The notes: generated by a model not told the origin, from the letters alone. Positions 1 through 12,640 are shown, numbered from the stretch's first letter. The stretch: 64,000 nucleotides of DNA from Leucoraja ocellata (GCA_036785375.1 JAWMAR010000061.1:8618001-8682000), one strand, 5' to 3'. Program-made: numbers and translations.

Positions 1-40
1 ATTCAACCACTCACTTACACGCCTGGATCAGTTTAGAGTG

Positions 41-185
41 GCAATAAACTATCGACTTGCACGTATTTAGGATGTGGGGTGGGAGGGGGTGGAACCTAAT
101 GAAACCAATGTGATCATTGAGAGAATGTGCAAACTCAAAGCAGACAGCAACAAAAGTCAGTATTGAACCTGGGTTGATATCTTCT
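41..185 (-). mobile_element. HE1/V-SINE-like tRNA-derived SINE fragment, degraded
   Basis: tgcacgtatttaggatgtggg...gagaatgtgcaaactc...cagacagca...attgaacctgggt, same family as 18449-18727. Confidence 0.6.
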
Positions 186-203
186 GTGAGTATTTTGCAT
201 AAA

Positions 204-676
204 CATTGACTACAGTTCGGCATTTAATACCATCATCCCCTCCAAGCTGGTTACCAAGCTCTCAGAACTGGGTCTCTGCGCATCCCTCTGTAATTGGATC
301 CTCGACTTCCTCATCCACAGACCACAGTCTGTTCGTATTGGTGGAAATGTGTCAGCCTTGATAACAATCAACACGGGAGCACCTCAAGGCTGCGTGCTCA
401 GTCCTCTGCTGTACTCACTCTATACTCATAACTGCGTAGCCGGTCATACTGCAAACTCCATCATCAAGTTCGCCGACGACACTACTGTTGTGGGACGTAT
501 CACTGATGGAGATGAGTCCGAATATAGAAGTGAGATTGACCGGCTGACCAAATGGTGCCAGCCCAATAACCTGGCTCTCAACACCAAAAAAACGAAGGAA
601 CTGATTGTGGACTTTGGAAGGGGTAGGATGGGGACCCACAGTACCGTTTATATCAACGGGTTGATGGTGGAAAGGT
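204..676 (+). mobile_element. Rex1/Babar-clade LINE reverse transcriptase fragment
   Basis: [14 protein letters not shown]...[18 protein letters not shown]...[12 protein letters not shown]...[15 protein letters not shown]; open frame, truncated at both ends. Confidence 0.9.
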
Positions 677-989
677 GAACCATATGACTTGTCCTGTGAG
701 TGTAACTAGGGCCATGAGAATTTGGAGAATTTTGTAAAGGATATAAGGACTGTATCCATCTTTTAGGGTGCCGAGACAAGATTTCAAGAGGCAATGAGAA
801 AAGTGGAATCATGACAGCCTACTAGACTTCTTGTTTTCTGCCCTATCTGTTATCTTAATCTTGGTGATTATTGATTCTCCCATCTTCATCTCCCATTCTC
901 ACAGCACCTTCCCACGTCAGTGTGGAAAATGAAACCCGTTTTACCTTTTCCATCATTCAATAAACCAGTCTTCCCAATGTATTAGGTAT

Positions 990-1510
990 TCACTTACACT
1001 TCCTACCATTCAGTGTACTGCATTCAGCGCTCTCACTGTAGTCTTCCTCTACACGTGAGACACTAAATGCAGATTGATAACCATTTTGCAGTCATCCTTC
1101 TGTTCCATTGGCAGTGAGGAGCTTGAGTTTGCATTTGCCTTTCAATTTAATTCTCCATTTCTGTCCCACTCTTTGTTTTCAGCCTCCTACGTTGCTCTAC
1201 TGTAGCGTCATACAAGAGTGAGGAACAGCACTTACTTTGCCATCCATTTGGGCATTTTGCATCTACCTGGGCTCTAATTTTTAACATTATTTTAATTTTA
1301 TATGACCAGATGTCAGCTATATCCGTTATCAGTTTTTCTTTTCTCTATAACTGCCATTTTTGATGCATTGCTATTTTAACCAATTTTGTCTGTGCCCAAT
1401 CACAGATATTCCCTCTGTTCTCTACCCCTCCCCCCCCCCCCTTGCAGCTTAAAACTGATTTGTTTTCTAATCATTCCAGTTCTGGTGAAACGTCCTTGAC
1501 TGGAAACAGC
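990..1510 (+). mobile_element. Old Penelope-like element remnant (GIY-YIG region and 3' end)
   Basis: Degenerate YCIQ.S.C.L.Y..ETK.RL..HFA and ...KSEEQHLL..L traces, colinear with the younger copy at 3736-4290. Confidence 0.55.
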
Positions 1511-3735
1511 TTTTGCTTTTTTTTGTTGCTTGTTTGGGATACTATTATTGTATTTCAGAAGTTGGATCCCAAAGTGGGTTGGTACCAAGTTAAAATATTA
1601 GTGTACAAAATGGTTTGCAAATCAAACAGAACTCTTAAAAGAGCAGGAGTGTTTGATTGGGGTTGTTTTCTATTATTGCAAATGATAAACCAATTTCCTA
1701 AGTATATTCAAAAGTTGTTATATTTGAATAGGTAACATTTTGAATTTGGTTTCTTAGGATGGGAAATAAACAATGAAATAAAAATCAGGAAAATAAAAGG
1801 TCAAGCTGCTGAAGCCGGACTGAACAATAGATTCACATATTTGCTTCCTTTGCAATTGTTTCTGTTTTAGTAATGTGTATTGTTGATAGGAAGCCAGTGT
1901 ACTAAAGGGTGAGGAGAAAGGAACAGACTGCTAAATATGGTGCATCTGGAACACAATTTGTCCAAAGGGGCTGTATCATAGTTTCCTGACTAGCGCCGTC
2001 AAAAATAAAGATCAGTTCCTTTCAGTAACTTTTTTTGTTATTCCAAAATATAAGCTTCTTTACAAATTTACTGTATAGTGCAATGAAAAGATCAGTTAGA
2101 CGTCCACCCAGTTCGCCCTTTTAGTAAGTTACTGCGTGTATGCAACTCATGCAGTGTTTTTAAGATCGATTTGTGCTGTTGAGCAGCCACAAGCTGTGGC
2201 GTGCAAAACCACAGTGTTGGAGGAACTTTTCGGGTCAAACAATGGGAATGGACAAACAATGTTTCAGGTCTGGGCGCTTCTTCAGACTGAACAGGCTGTG
2301 GTGGGGTTGAGAGAAAATTGCTCTGATCGAGGTAGGCGTGTTTGTGTGTATAAACAGGAGGCAATTGGTAAATGTGAAATATGGTTTTGTTGTACAAATG
2401 GTTCTGCTGTGAATCCTTTTTACATCAGTAATCAGCTCTAATGTATGTTGATGAATTGGGGAACGCTATTTATATATTGTGGTCCAAATAGGTTATGTAC
2501 ATATATAGTGCAGTATCGGTCAGAAGATGCAAGAGGCTGGAACTAGAGAACCGTGTAAAAGTTCCGATGGCAATTGACAAGCAGGAAAAAAAGCTGTCTT
2601 GAAAAAATATTTTTGGGATAAAAAAAACAGTCTCCACAGTATTGGATACCATTGTCACTTAAGAACACAGTCTCAGTTTCACTGGAAGTGGCCATTGAAT
2701 TTAACAAGCGATTACAATGAAACTTAAATAATGCAACCGTTAGTATTTTAACTTATTTTGATGTGGAAGCTTGTATTAAACTGGTATCAGCTGCCCCGTG
2801 TTGTGATACAGTCCCTGGTGTGAGATTTGTCCTGTTTATTTGGTGGTCTTTGGGGCAGGATTCAGGTCTCAGTTTGTCTCCTCTCTGCTATCAATATCTT
2901 CTGAAAGAATAATGAATCTTGCCAATGCATTTATTTTTAAGAGATTGATTAATACCCGATTTCCTCTTGGAGTGAAAGATGGCCAGATTGTCAGTTTAAC
3001 ACTTTTAACAAGAGGTCGGATGAATATGTTTATACATTGTATAATGTCCTGTGCATGGACAATTTAAGCTTTATTTATAATGATTCTTGATTTTTTTTGG
3101 AGCTGTGGGAATATTACAAACAAGGCATTTTTTCTCCCATTGAAATCTAGCATAGGTGAAAAAATACTGGGAGTCATTGACTACTTCAGGGACGTTAGTT
3201 TGCTGGATGATTTGGATAGAGGCTACTGTGGCTGCAACGGGCCTTTATGGGCAGCTGCTGCTTGGACTATGAAAATGGCGTCACACCCACGACTTGTCTA
3301 TATACTTTGTACTCAATCTGGGGTTGTGCTTGTGTATAGTAATACATTTAATGAATGTATGCAAAAAGATTTTCACTATACCTCGGTATATGTAATAAAA
3401 AAACCTTGGACCATTCGATTAAATAGGATAGGTTGGCAGTATCTCTCGCAGATATGTTTTCTGTCTCCTTTGTTACAATTATTTCCATGAACTGGAAACA
3501 AGTCATATTAAGATGAATAGCTTCAGTGGATGATGCAGTTTAATATACCATGATCTTAATCCATAAGGACAAAATGTTCCCTTTTCTGTCATTAGTAACT
3601 AAACATCCATACTTCATCCTTGAGTTACACTTATAAAAAAACATTGGCAGGTCTAGGGTTAAATATTGTTCTGACCAAGTCATTTAGATGGCATCTTGCA
3701 TCTGGCCTCTTCTAGCCCGTCACCTAATATTGACA

Positions 3736-4290
3736 GTAGACAAAAATGCTGGAGAAACTCAGCGGGTGAGGCAGCATCTATGGAGCGAAGGAAATAGGCA
3801 AAGTTTTGGGCTGAAACCCGTCTTCAGACTGTTGTGAGGGTGGGGGAAGCGGGAAGAAGAAAGAAGAGGTGGAGCCAGTGGGCTGAGGGAGAGCTAAGAA
3901 GGGGAGGAGAAAGTAAGGTCTACCTAAATTTAGAGGTCAATGTTTGTACCGCTGGGGTGCAAACTGCCCAAACGAAATATGAGGTGCTGCTCCTCCAATT
4001 TACAGTGGTCCTCACTTTGGATATGGAAGAGGCCCAGGACAGAAAGCTCGGATTCGGAATGGGAGGGGGGGGTTGAAGTGCTGAGCCACCGGGAGATCAG
4101 ATTGGTTATTGCGAACCGAGCGGAGGTGTTTGGCGAAGTAATCGCCAAGCCTAAGCTTGGTCTCACCGATGTAGAGCAGCTGACATCTAGAGCAGCGGAT
4201 GCAGTAGATGAGGTTGGAGGAGGTGCAGGTGAACCTCTGCTGCACCTGGAAAGACTGCTTGGGTCCTTGAATGGAGTCAAGGGGGGAGTT
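3736..4290 (-). mobile_element. Penelope-like retroelement 3' fragment: GIY-YIG endonuclease plus pseudo-LTR
   Basis: ORF 4012-4314(-): QGPKQSFQVQQRFTCTSSNLIYCIRCSRCQLLYIGETK.RLGDYFAKHL...PVAQHFN; after a frameshift CKLEEQHLIFRLGSLHPSG; followed by the terminal repeat with a mutated hammerhead-like core near 3799-3827. Confidence 0.9.
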
Positions 4291-4730
4291 GGAGGAGCAT
4301 CTATTGCAGCCCACTGGCTCCTCCTCTTCCTTTCTTTATTTGAAACGTTTATACAAAGAACAATGCAACAATATTGTTGGAGGCAGTTGCCAGATCCCAG
4401 CCCTGGATGTTGTCTGTCGATTTCCTTCCACACATGCTGCCTGACATGCTGAGTTCCTCCAACACTTTGTTCAAGATTCCAGTGTCAGCACTCTTGTCTG
4501 CAGTTGTTTAATTTTTTTAATAAATAACTAAATGGTTGGAAATAATTTCAAGTTATTACTGTACCTTGCTGGACACTCCTTGTACAGGTAGTTGTTAAAG
4601 TAAAAGTTAAATTGCTGACAGTCCACAGATTATTTGATTCATTTGTGGAAGTAATGAAGAATAGAAAATAGTTATGCTTAATCATGCAGTTCTGAATTTG
4701 CAGGAAAATTACAAAAGTCACCTTGAGGGT

Positions 4731-5538
4731 CATAGAAACATAGAAAATATGTGCAGGAGTAGGCCATTCGGCCCTTCGAGCCTGCATCGCCATTCAATAT
4801 GATCATGGCTGATCACCCAATTCAGTATCCTGTTCCTGCCTTCTCTCCATACCCCCTGATCCCTTTAGCCACAAGGGCCACATCTAACTCCCTCTTAAAT
4901 ATAGACAATGAACTGGCCTCAACTACCTTCTGAGGCAGAGAATTCCAGAGATTCACCACTCTCTGTGTGAAAAAAGTTTTCCTCATCTCGGTCCTAAAAG
5001 ATTTCCCCCTTATCCTTAAACTGTGACCCCTTGTTCTGGACTTCCCCAACATCGGGAACAATCTTCCTGCATCTAGCCTGTCCAACCCCTTAAGAATTTT
5101 GTAAGTTTCTATAAGATCCCCCCTCAATCTTCTAAATTCTAGTGAGTACAAACCGAGTCTATCCAGTCTTTCTTCATATGAAAGTCCTGACATCCCTGGA
5201 ATCAGTCTGGTGAACCTTCTCTGTATTCCCTCTATGGCAAGAATGTCTTTCCTCAGATTAGGAGACCAAAACTGTTCGCAATACTCCAGGTGTGGTCTCA
5301 CCAAGACCCTGTACAACTGCAGTAGAACCTCCCTGCTCCTATATTCAAATCCTTTTGCTATGAATGCTAACATAACATTTGCCTTCTTCACTGCCTGCTG
5401 CACCTGCATGCCTACTTTTAATGACTGATGTACCATGACACCCAGGTCTCGTTGCATCTTCCCCTTTCCTAATCGGCCACCATTTAGATAATAATCTACT
5501 TTCCTATTTTTGCCACCAAAGTGGATAACCTCACATTT
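4731..5538 (-). mobile_element. CR1 (HER1-like) LINE, young 5'-truncated copy
   Basis: ORF 4822-5457(-) RDLGV...LVRPHLEYC.QFWSP...LRGDLIETYKI...FFTQRVVNLWNSLP = CR1 ORF2 C-terminus; 3' UTR and (TTTCTATG)n tail at 4731-4748. Confidence 0.95.
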
Positions 5539-5799
5539 TGGGAATGGGATTTCCGTCTCATGTTTGTATAATTTAAGTTTCCTTTTTCACTTTTTGCATT
5601 CTCCTTACACTTCCTTGATATGCTTTCCTTTCCTTTTGCCTGGAATAGTAATCATTTAACAGTAAAAAAGAGTGGAATTCCGATGTTGGTTTTGTTGAAC
5701 CTTTCACTGCCCTGGCGGCTGGAGCCAGTTACAGTTGATGGATTTTTATCCTGTCTCCTTACCTGTACATCTAAAAACTAAGGTGTGTAATACAGAACA

Positions 5800-6330
5800 C
5801 AAGATAACAGAAACAGAGGGAAGCCTCTTGGCTCCTCAAGCCTGCTCCACTGTTCAAAATCATCATGGCTGATCTACGCTTGTCTAAGTTCCATGATCCA
5901 GTTTTCAAGGTCCACAATTTTTTAGACTTTTCACATTTATTTATCCCTGCTATGAATATATCTATGATCTACCCTCCACCACCCTTTGGGGCAGAGAATT
6001 GCAGATATTCACTACTCTCGGAATAAATTTCTGTCCACGTTGATTTTTAAATGTTTCCTTGGTGTGCAGCATGTCCCTTAGTAACTTTCCAACTCAAAAA
6101 GAGCTCAACTTTTAACCCCCTTATGATCTAATAAATTGGAATTGGGTCACTCATTTTTCCAAACTGCAGACACAAACTTAAGTATCTCTCTCTCATCCAA
6201 GAATTAGCCTGGTGAATCTCCTTTGGGCTAACTCCAATACCACTATATCCTTTCATGGGTAAGGGATATATTGTGCACAGTATTCCGGGTGTGGCCACAC
6301 CAACATCTTGTAAAAGTGTAACAAAACACC
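5800..6330 (-). mobile_element. Older CR1 3' fragment
   Basis: Degenerate match to 4731-5538 (atcatggctgatc; LVWPHPEYCAQY). Confidence 0.7.
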
Positions 6331-7052
6331 TCGGAGAGAAAGGAAAAGACTACAGATGCTGGAATCTTGAGGGGAAAAAAACAGACTGTTGGAGTAACTA
6401 TGTGGGTCAGGCAGCATTTGCGAAGGGAAATGGATGGACCACCTCCCGAACCGAAATGTCGATTGTCCGCTTCCCTCTACAGATGCTGCGTAACCTGTTG
6501 TGTTCCTCGAGAAGCCTGTTTTTTGCACTTTATTCTTGAATTCCAAAACCTTTTGCAATAGTCTCAACATGCCAGCTGCTTCCTTAACTACTTGTTGGAC
6601 CTGCCTGCTTACTTTTTGTGATTCATGCCTCAGATGTTTTACTTTAATTTATTAAAACTAATTCAAATTTTGAACATATCAGTTGAACAAATTCCACAGT
6701 ATCTCTCACATTTCGTTTTGAAAATTACAGATCCCTTGTTTTAGTTTAAAAACAAATGACAGGAAGTAAGTAGTTGTCCAACACCAATGACATTTTCTTT
6801 CATTATGACTCGGTGAATGGAAATGACGCAATGAACAATGACCGATTTATTTTTGTTTACTCCCTTGGCCAGATTTATTGAGGAGACTAATTGTGTTTAG
6901 ATTGGGTAACTTCGTACATATAATTGTGAATTATGTGACGTGCGCATAGCTCGACTGATAATATTGTAGCAGCAGAAGTCGTGCACTGTTTCAAAAACAA
7001 CTCTAAAATAGAATGGTTATACGGTATTGGCGTTTGTGTGACTCTTGTTACA

Positions 7053-7370
7053 GGGCGGTGCAATGGTGCAGCCAGTAAAGTTACTGCCTTGAAGTGCCGG
7101 CGACTTGGCTACAATCTTGATCTGCGTATATTTTGTACGTTCCTGTGAATGCATGGCTTCCTCCATTTGTTCTGGTTTCCTCCCAATTCTCAAAGACATG
7201 AAGGTTGGTAGGTTAATTGGCCCCTGAATACTGCCACTATTTTGTAGTAAGTGTTGGAGATCATGGGGAATTGAGATTTAAAAAAAAAAGGATTAATTCA
7301 GGATTAGTATAAATGGGTAGAAATTGCTCAGTACAAAGTCAGTGGGCTGAAGGGTCAGTTTCCGTGATGT
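7053..7370 (+). mobile_element. HE1/V-SINE-like SINE
   Basis: gggcggtgcaatggtgcagc (A-box-like) ... ggtttcctccca...caaagacatgaaggttggtaggttaattggcc...gggctgaagggtcagtttcc. Confidence 0.7.
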
Positions 7371-8489
7371 ATTGCAATTACTGCACTAAGGTTGCATGTT
7401 TTAAGGAATCGGGGTTAGTTTTGTTTTCTAATTAATCCATTTTGTTGCATGGTGAAAAGTTTCCTTCAATCCAGTTTAGAGAAAAAGATTGTATGATTCT
7501 TGTGGTTAAATCTCTTTCTCATTCACTGACCTCGCTCCTATAGAGGAACAGTCGGCTTTGTAATTCTCTGAAGGGTTTGAAATGATTTCTGGTGACATCT
7601 GGCATTCAAAAGGATTCGCAGGTTTTGGTGCAGGGTTTACAGAAAGGATAAAGTGTTTTTAAGCTGCAAGAATGTTTTAGTTTAATGAGTTAAAGTCTTT
7701 GGTGAAGCTGAGCGAAATGCAATGTCTGGGCTTGCTGCTTCGGCTGCAATGGGAGTGGAGTTTCTGTGTGATGTCATTCCACTTTGCAGATTCTGACTCC
7801 TTGCTCACTGCAGTTTGTGTGATTGGTTTAATAATAAAACAATATGCTGTAACTAGGCGGTTGCTTAAAACAGTTTGTGTAATTGGGTTTCAGGCCATTG
7901 ATTTCTGATAAAGGCTGACGATCTAATCGTTGCTAAATGAGAGGTGATACAGGAGAAGAAAAGGTGCACACGCGTGTGTGCGTGCACGCGTGTGTGTCTG
8001 CATGAAATACTCTACCTTCAGTGAAATATGCATGATGATGCGCATTTGCTTTGTTTTAAATGCTTTATTTTCTTGAACTATTGCTTCTGAATGTGGAGAT
8101 GGAACATTCTCAAAGAAAATGAGCTATTTAACATTGATGTGGAAATGCTGATATTGGCCATTGTGATCTATATCATTTTTAAATTAATTTCTAAACTTTG
8201 TTCTCATGTTTATTGCTTTTCGCTGCCACTCGCTGGGACTGGATCTAGAATAATATGTTCAGTTTTGCTTTGCTTACTTAAAAGCATAGAGGGAATGTCG
8301 CAAGCATTCACCAATCTGGTTCTGGTGATACCGTTCATGAAGGCCATGATCGTGATAAATGATAGAGCAAGCTTGAAGGGCCAAATGGCCTCCACCTACT
8401 TCTAATTCTTACATTCTTATTATGCATTTCATCTTTCAGTCAAATTATAATTAATCTCTTTAGTTAGATGTAAATAATCATTTCCCATC

Positions 8490-8627
8490 AGTATGAAGAA
8501 CGGTCTTGACCTGAAACGCCACCCATTCCTTCTCTCCAGAGATGATTGATGCCTGTCCCGCCGCGTTACTCAAGCATTTTGTGTCTACCTTCGATTTAAA
8601 GCAGCATCTGCAGTTCTTCCCTACACA
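8490..8627 (+). mobile_element. Penelope-derived short element (pseudo-LTR, mutated hammerhead core)
   Basis: agtatgaagaacggtcttgacctgaaacgccacccattccttctctccagagatg...gcatctgcagttcttccctacaca. Confidence 0.85.
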
Positions 8628-8991
8628 TTTCGAATAAAGTATGTATCTCAAAAATTATGTATTAATTGTTAGGAATTTTGCTAATCTACATAGAACAGTG
8701 CAGTACAGCACAGGAACAAGACCTTCAGCCCACAATGTCTGTGTCTGACAATACCATATTCCTCCATTCCTGCATATCTATATGCCTATACAAAAATCCA
8801 TTATCGCATCTGCCTCAACCCTGCCCCTGGTTGTGCATCCCATGCACTCGCCACCCGCTCAGCAAAAAAAATGACCCGCGCATCTCTCACACTCCTCTCA
8901 CCTTAAAGCCATGTCTCTAGTATTTGATTCTTCCATCCTGGGAAATAAGTTCTGACTGTTTATACTCTTAAGCCGCTCATAATTTTATATA

Positions 8992-9057
8992 GTGTGATGC
9001 CCTCCCCCGCAACCACGCGTTGAGGGAACGGGATCCAACAGGTCCCATTTGGTCTAG
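8992..9057 (+). mobile_element. Possible Helitron-type 3' terminus
   Basis: GGGATC-caaca-GGTCCC hairpin (9030-9046), 7-nt spacer, CTAG (9054-9057) followed by T. Confidence 0.45.
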
Positions 9058-10640
9058 TACCCCCTGAAGATTATGTCCTGAAAAAACTTGGGCAAACTTT
9101 TCCATCTTTAGTTTCTATTCCCCTCCTCTATATATTTCTGGATAAAGTGCTGACTGCAAGGAGTCAGTCAGGGGAACTAACCAAAGAAAATTACTTGTCT
9201 GATCTGTTGAGGCTTACTTATCTGACCTTGCTGTATTTTTAATTTGTATTTTTTACCACTTGTCCTCATGCAGCTACCAAACAACATTAAACAGTCATAT
9301 TTGCAGTTAAATCAAGATTTATGGGGCAGACAATACCTCTTTAAGTAAAATTATCCTAAATTCATATTCTGATTCTCACCAGATTGCAGTGGTTCTCAGC
9401 AATTGAGTTTAGTTGAACTCAATTACTGAGAACCATTGCAATCTGGCGAGAGCTAGAAAATTTATAATAGAAAACACTTGTTTCAAGCATCAGCCAATCT
9501 ACGTATTTTCCACTTTTATCCAAGTATGCCATTTTAGTGGCTTGAATTATTCTATTACTGGTAGGCCACTTTTCATAAATTGGTCATTAAATTTAGTCCC
9601 ATCTCACTAAACCTCCACGACAGAAAGATACACTAAACTCAAACTTCCAAAAATGTTGAGTGAAGTGGCGAAGACATGGCAGAGGAACATGTGGAAACAT
9701 GGGAGTTCGTCCACCTGGATAGAAAAACTGGCATTGCAGATGAACAGGGTGTGAGGGGCACTGGATGCAAAGAGGAGTAATTAGCCTATTTGTCAGTGGT
9801 TCTTAACCTGGGGGTCGTTTTGGGCTTTACTGGGGGACACAAAGGGATCATAATTAACATCCATTTGTTGAGCCCTTTTTTAGGAACATACCACATACAG
9901 TATTTTGTTTGCGTATGTGCCTACGCATGCCAAAAAGATTAAGAAGCAATGATCTATATTCTGTTGGCAACAGAAATAGTGTAGGTAGAAATTTATAAGT
10001 AACTTGATTGCTGAAAACAAGCAACAATTTTACGTAACAATTTGTAATAGTGTCCCAAACACTATGGAGGGAACTGTATACATAAATATTTGCACTCATC
10101 TTTCTTGCATGATTTATGAAATATTGGAAGCAAAATTACAACTGCTTGTGGAAGGGATTTGGGGAGAGTTCTATCCTTGTTTCAACGTCTTTTGCCTCCT
10201 AGTTATTGAAACACATTTCTGCAGATTAACAGCATTCCCGTTTATTATATATTCAAATGCATCATAAAGTTTAGCCTACTACAAACTTCCAAACTTTGGT
10301 CAAATTGTGGACAGAAGATGATATAGAGGCTTCAAAGGGATAGAGACATGCTAAGCATATGGTCGTTAGGGTTAAGCTGCGAAGCAAAATTAGGAAATAT
10401 AATTGTGCTGCTAGTTGAGTTGCTCATTCTTTTAAAGGGGAGTCTAAAGGACATGGAAGACTCCTGCAAAGTTGCATGATTCTTTAGAGTTGCAATTTTA
10501 TTTGGTAATGTAGATAATTGAATCTGCCAAGGTATTTATTAATTGAGCCTTTTTTAAAGCTTTTGGATTGTTGTGATAACATTTTGCGTTCTTAAGTGCA
10601 GCCGGAAATGTGATTTCTACTTCTTTTTGTTGTATTTTAG

Positions 10641-10713
10641 GTCTGATATCATGAAGAAGGACTGGTCCTCTGTATGGATGTGTTATTAGTGCTGATGGCA
10701 CAACTGATCCAAT
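10641..10713 (+). other. MYO9A: MYO9A exon 2, 5' UTR portion
   Basis: Strong acceptor ttctttttgttgtattttag|g ending at 10640, 73 nt upstream of the ATG at 10714. Confidence 0.85.
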
Positions 10714-11556
10714 ATGAATGTGCATGATGTTGGTGGAAGACGACGATTTGAAGACAATGAATTTACGTTACGGGTATACCCAGGGAATATAGCAGAAGGC
10801 ACCATTTATTGCCCTGTCGCTGCAAGGAAAAGCACCAGTGCAGCAGAAGTTATTGAAATTCTTATTTACAAATTACAACTAGAGAAGACAAAATGTTATG
10901 TCTTGGCAGAAGTGAAGGAATTTGGTGGGGAAGAATGGATACTCAATCCAACCGACTGTCCAGTACAACGCATGATGCTTTGGCCACGCACTGCCCTGGA
11001 AAATAGTTTCAGCAGTGAGGACTATCGCTTCCTGCTTCGAGAGAAAAACCTTGATGGTTCTATTCATTACAACAATCTGCAGTCATGGCTGAGAGTGACG
11101 GAGGAGCGGCGGAGTATGATGGAACGGGGTTTTTTACCTCAACCACAGCAAAAAGACTATAATGATCTGTGCAATCTACCAGACTTGAATGAAAACACAC
11201 TTCTGGACAACCTGCGTAATAGGTATAAACAAGAGAAAATCTACACTTATGTTGGAACAATTTTAATTGCCATAAATCCTTTTAAATTTCTTCCTATTTA
11301 CAACCCCAAGTATGTAAAAATGTATGATAATCACCAACTGGGTAAACTGGAGCCCCATGTATATGCTATTGCTGATGTGGCATACCATGCCATGTTACAA
11401 CGCAGGAAGAACCAATGTATAGTTATTTCGGGCGAGAGTGGCTCAGGAAAGACACAAAGTACGAACTTCCTGATCCATCATCTAACTGCTTTGAGCCAGA
11501 AAGGATTTGCCAGTGGAGTGGAGCAGATTATTCTTGGAGCTGGACCTGTGCTAGAG
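10714..11556 (+). CDS. MYO9A: Myosin IXA, first coding exon (exon 2): Ras-association domain plus start of motor domain with P-loop
   Basis: MNVHDVGGRRRFEDNEFTLRVYPG...GEEWILNPTDCPVQRMMLWPR...ISGESGSGKTQSTNFLIHHLTALSQKGFASGVEQIILGAGPVLE, recognisably MYO9A; donor GAG|gtaaga; 843 nt, phase 0. Confidence 0.98.
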
Positions 11557-12136
11557 GTAAGATTCATCACGTGATTTCTTCTTGAGGGAATTGAAAGAAA
11601 ACTTTCCTTGAAAGTGAACAGATGTATTGCTTTATTTTTGTTTAACGGCAAATTCTCCATGAAGCAAGTACTGTAATGCTGTTTGTGAGACATAGTGTAC
11701 CAGTGCATCTGGTGTTAAAAATCTGAAACTCAAGCTGACTAATCAATGTAAATGTGTATCCCAGGTGCCTATAGGTTCCTCAAATCTTATTTTACCATGC
11801 CCCATGTCAGAAAATGTAATTTATGGTCCAACTCTCTCACTTGTCATTATATTAGTGATCAAATGTAAGTTTGATCGATTTCTTGTTTAAAGTGCTGCTG
11901 GCTAAATATTGAAGGTCATTCATTTTCAACATGGTAGTTAATTTCAAACTAGTTGGGTTTATAATAACAGCTGAAGTGTTGTGCATTGCATATGGTTATT
12001 TGAGTAACCTGATTTGCTATCAGCCTGTTACTGATTAATGTTGATTATTGGAGAATTCAAGTGCAAACCTGATGGATGTTTGGTTAGCCGTCCGGTGCTG
12101 AAGGTCATTGTATTGCTGGCTGGGTTCATATTTGTT

Positions 12137-12229
12137 ATGGTATTTTTTAGACAGGATATTAAGGCACTTAAACCTCGCAAATATGCATAAACCTCCAAGT
12201 GCCTTAATATCCTGTCTAAAAAATACCAT
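12137..12229. repeat. Perfect 33-bp inverted repeat with 27-nt spacer
   Basis: atggtattttttagacaggatattaaggcactt (12137-12169) is the exact reverse complement of 12197-12229. Confidence 0.95.
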
Positions 12230-12465
12230 CATTGGCATTCCAGAAGTGGTATTGTCAGGTAGTGTTCTGCATTAAGTAATTGGAAATGAGCAATTGATTT
12301 TTCATTTTCTTCCTGAGTGGCTTATTTTCACATTTCGGATGCATCCCATTTGACACATACTCAAATTTTACAGTGGGTATCAGTTACCAGATAGTTACCA
12401 GTTGCAGAAATCTTGTTAATTCTATCCTGTTAACACAATTCTCACTCCAACAAAAATTGCACAAA

Positions 12466-12640
12466 AGATAGACAGAGTGCTGGAGTAACTCAGCAGGTCA
12501 GGCAGCATCATTGGAGAACAAGGATGGGTGACATTACAAGTCGGGACCCTTCTGCAGACTGAATTACTCTGACCTGCTGAGTTAGTCCAGCACTGTGCGT
12601 CATTCTTTGGTATAAATAAGCATCTGCAGTTGATTGTTTC
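12466..12640. mobile_element. Penelope-derived fold-back element, diverged
   Basis: Minus-oriented arm (gtgctggagtaactcagcaggtcag...) followed by plus-oriented arm (ctgacctgctgagttagtccagcac...gcatctgcagtt). Confidence 0.75.

Noticed and set aside
3930-4452. 167- and 170-aa ORFs
   Set aside because: Antisense or shifted frames of the Penelope endonuclease fragment.
9794-9840. cagtggttcttaacctgggg hAT-like end
   Set aside because: No matching opposite TIR or TSD found.
1-10640. MYO9A exon 1, promoter or neighbouring gene
   Set aside because: No CpG island or supportable first exon; region treated as intron 1.
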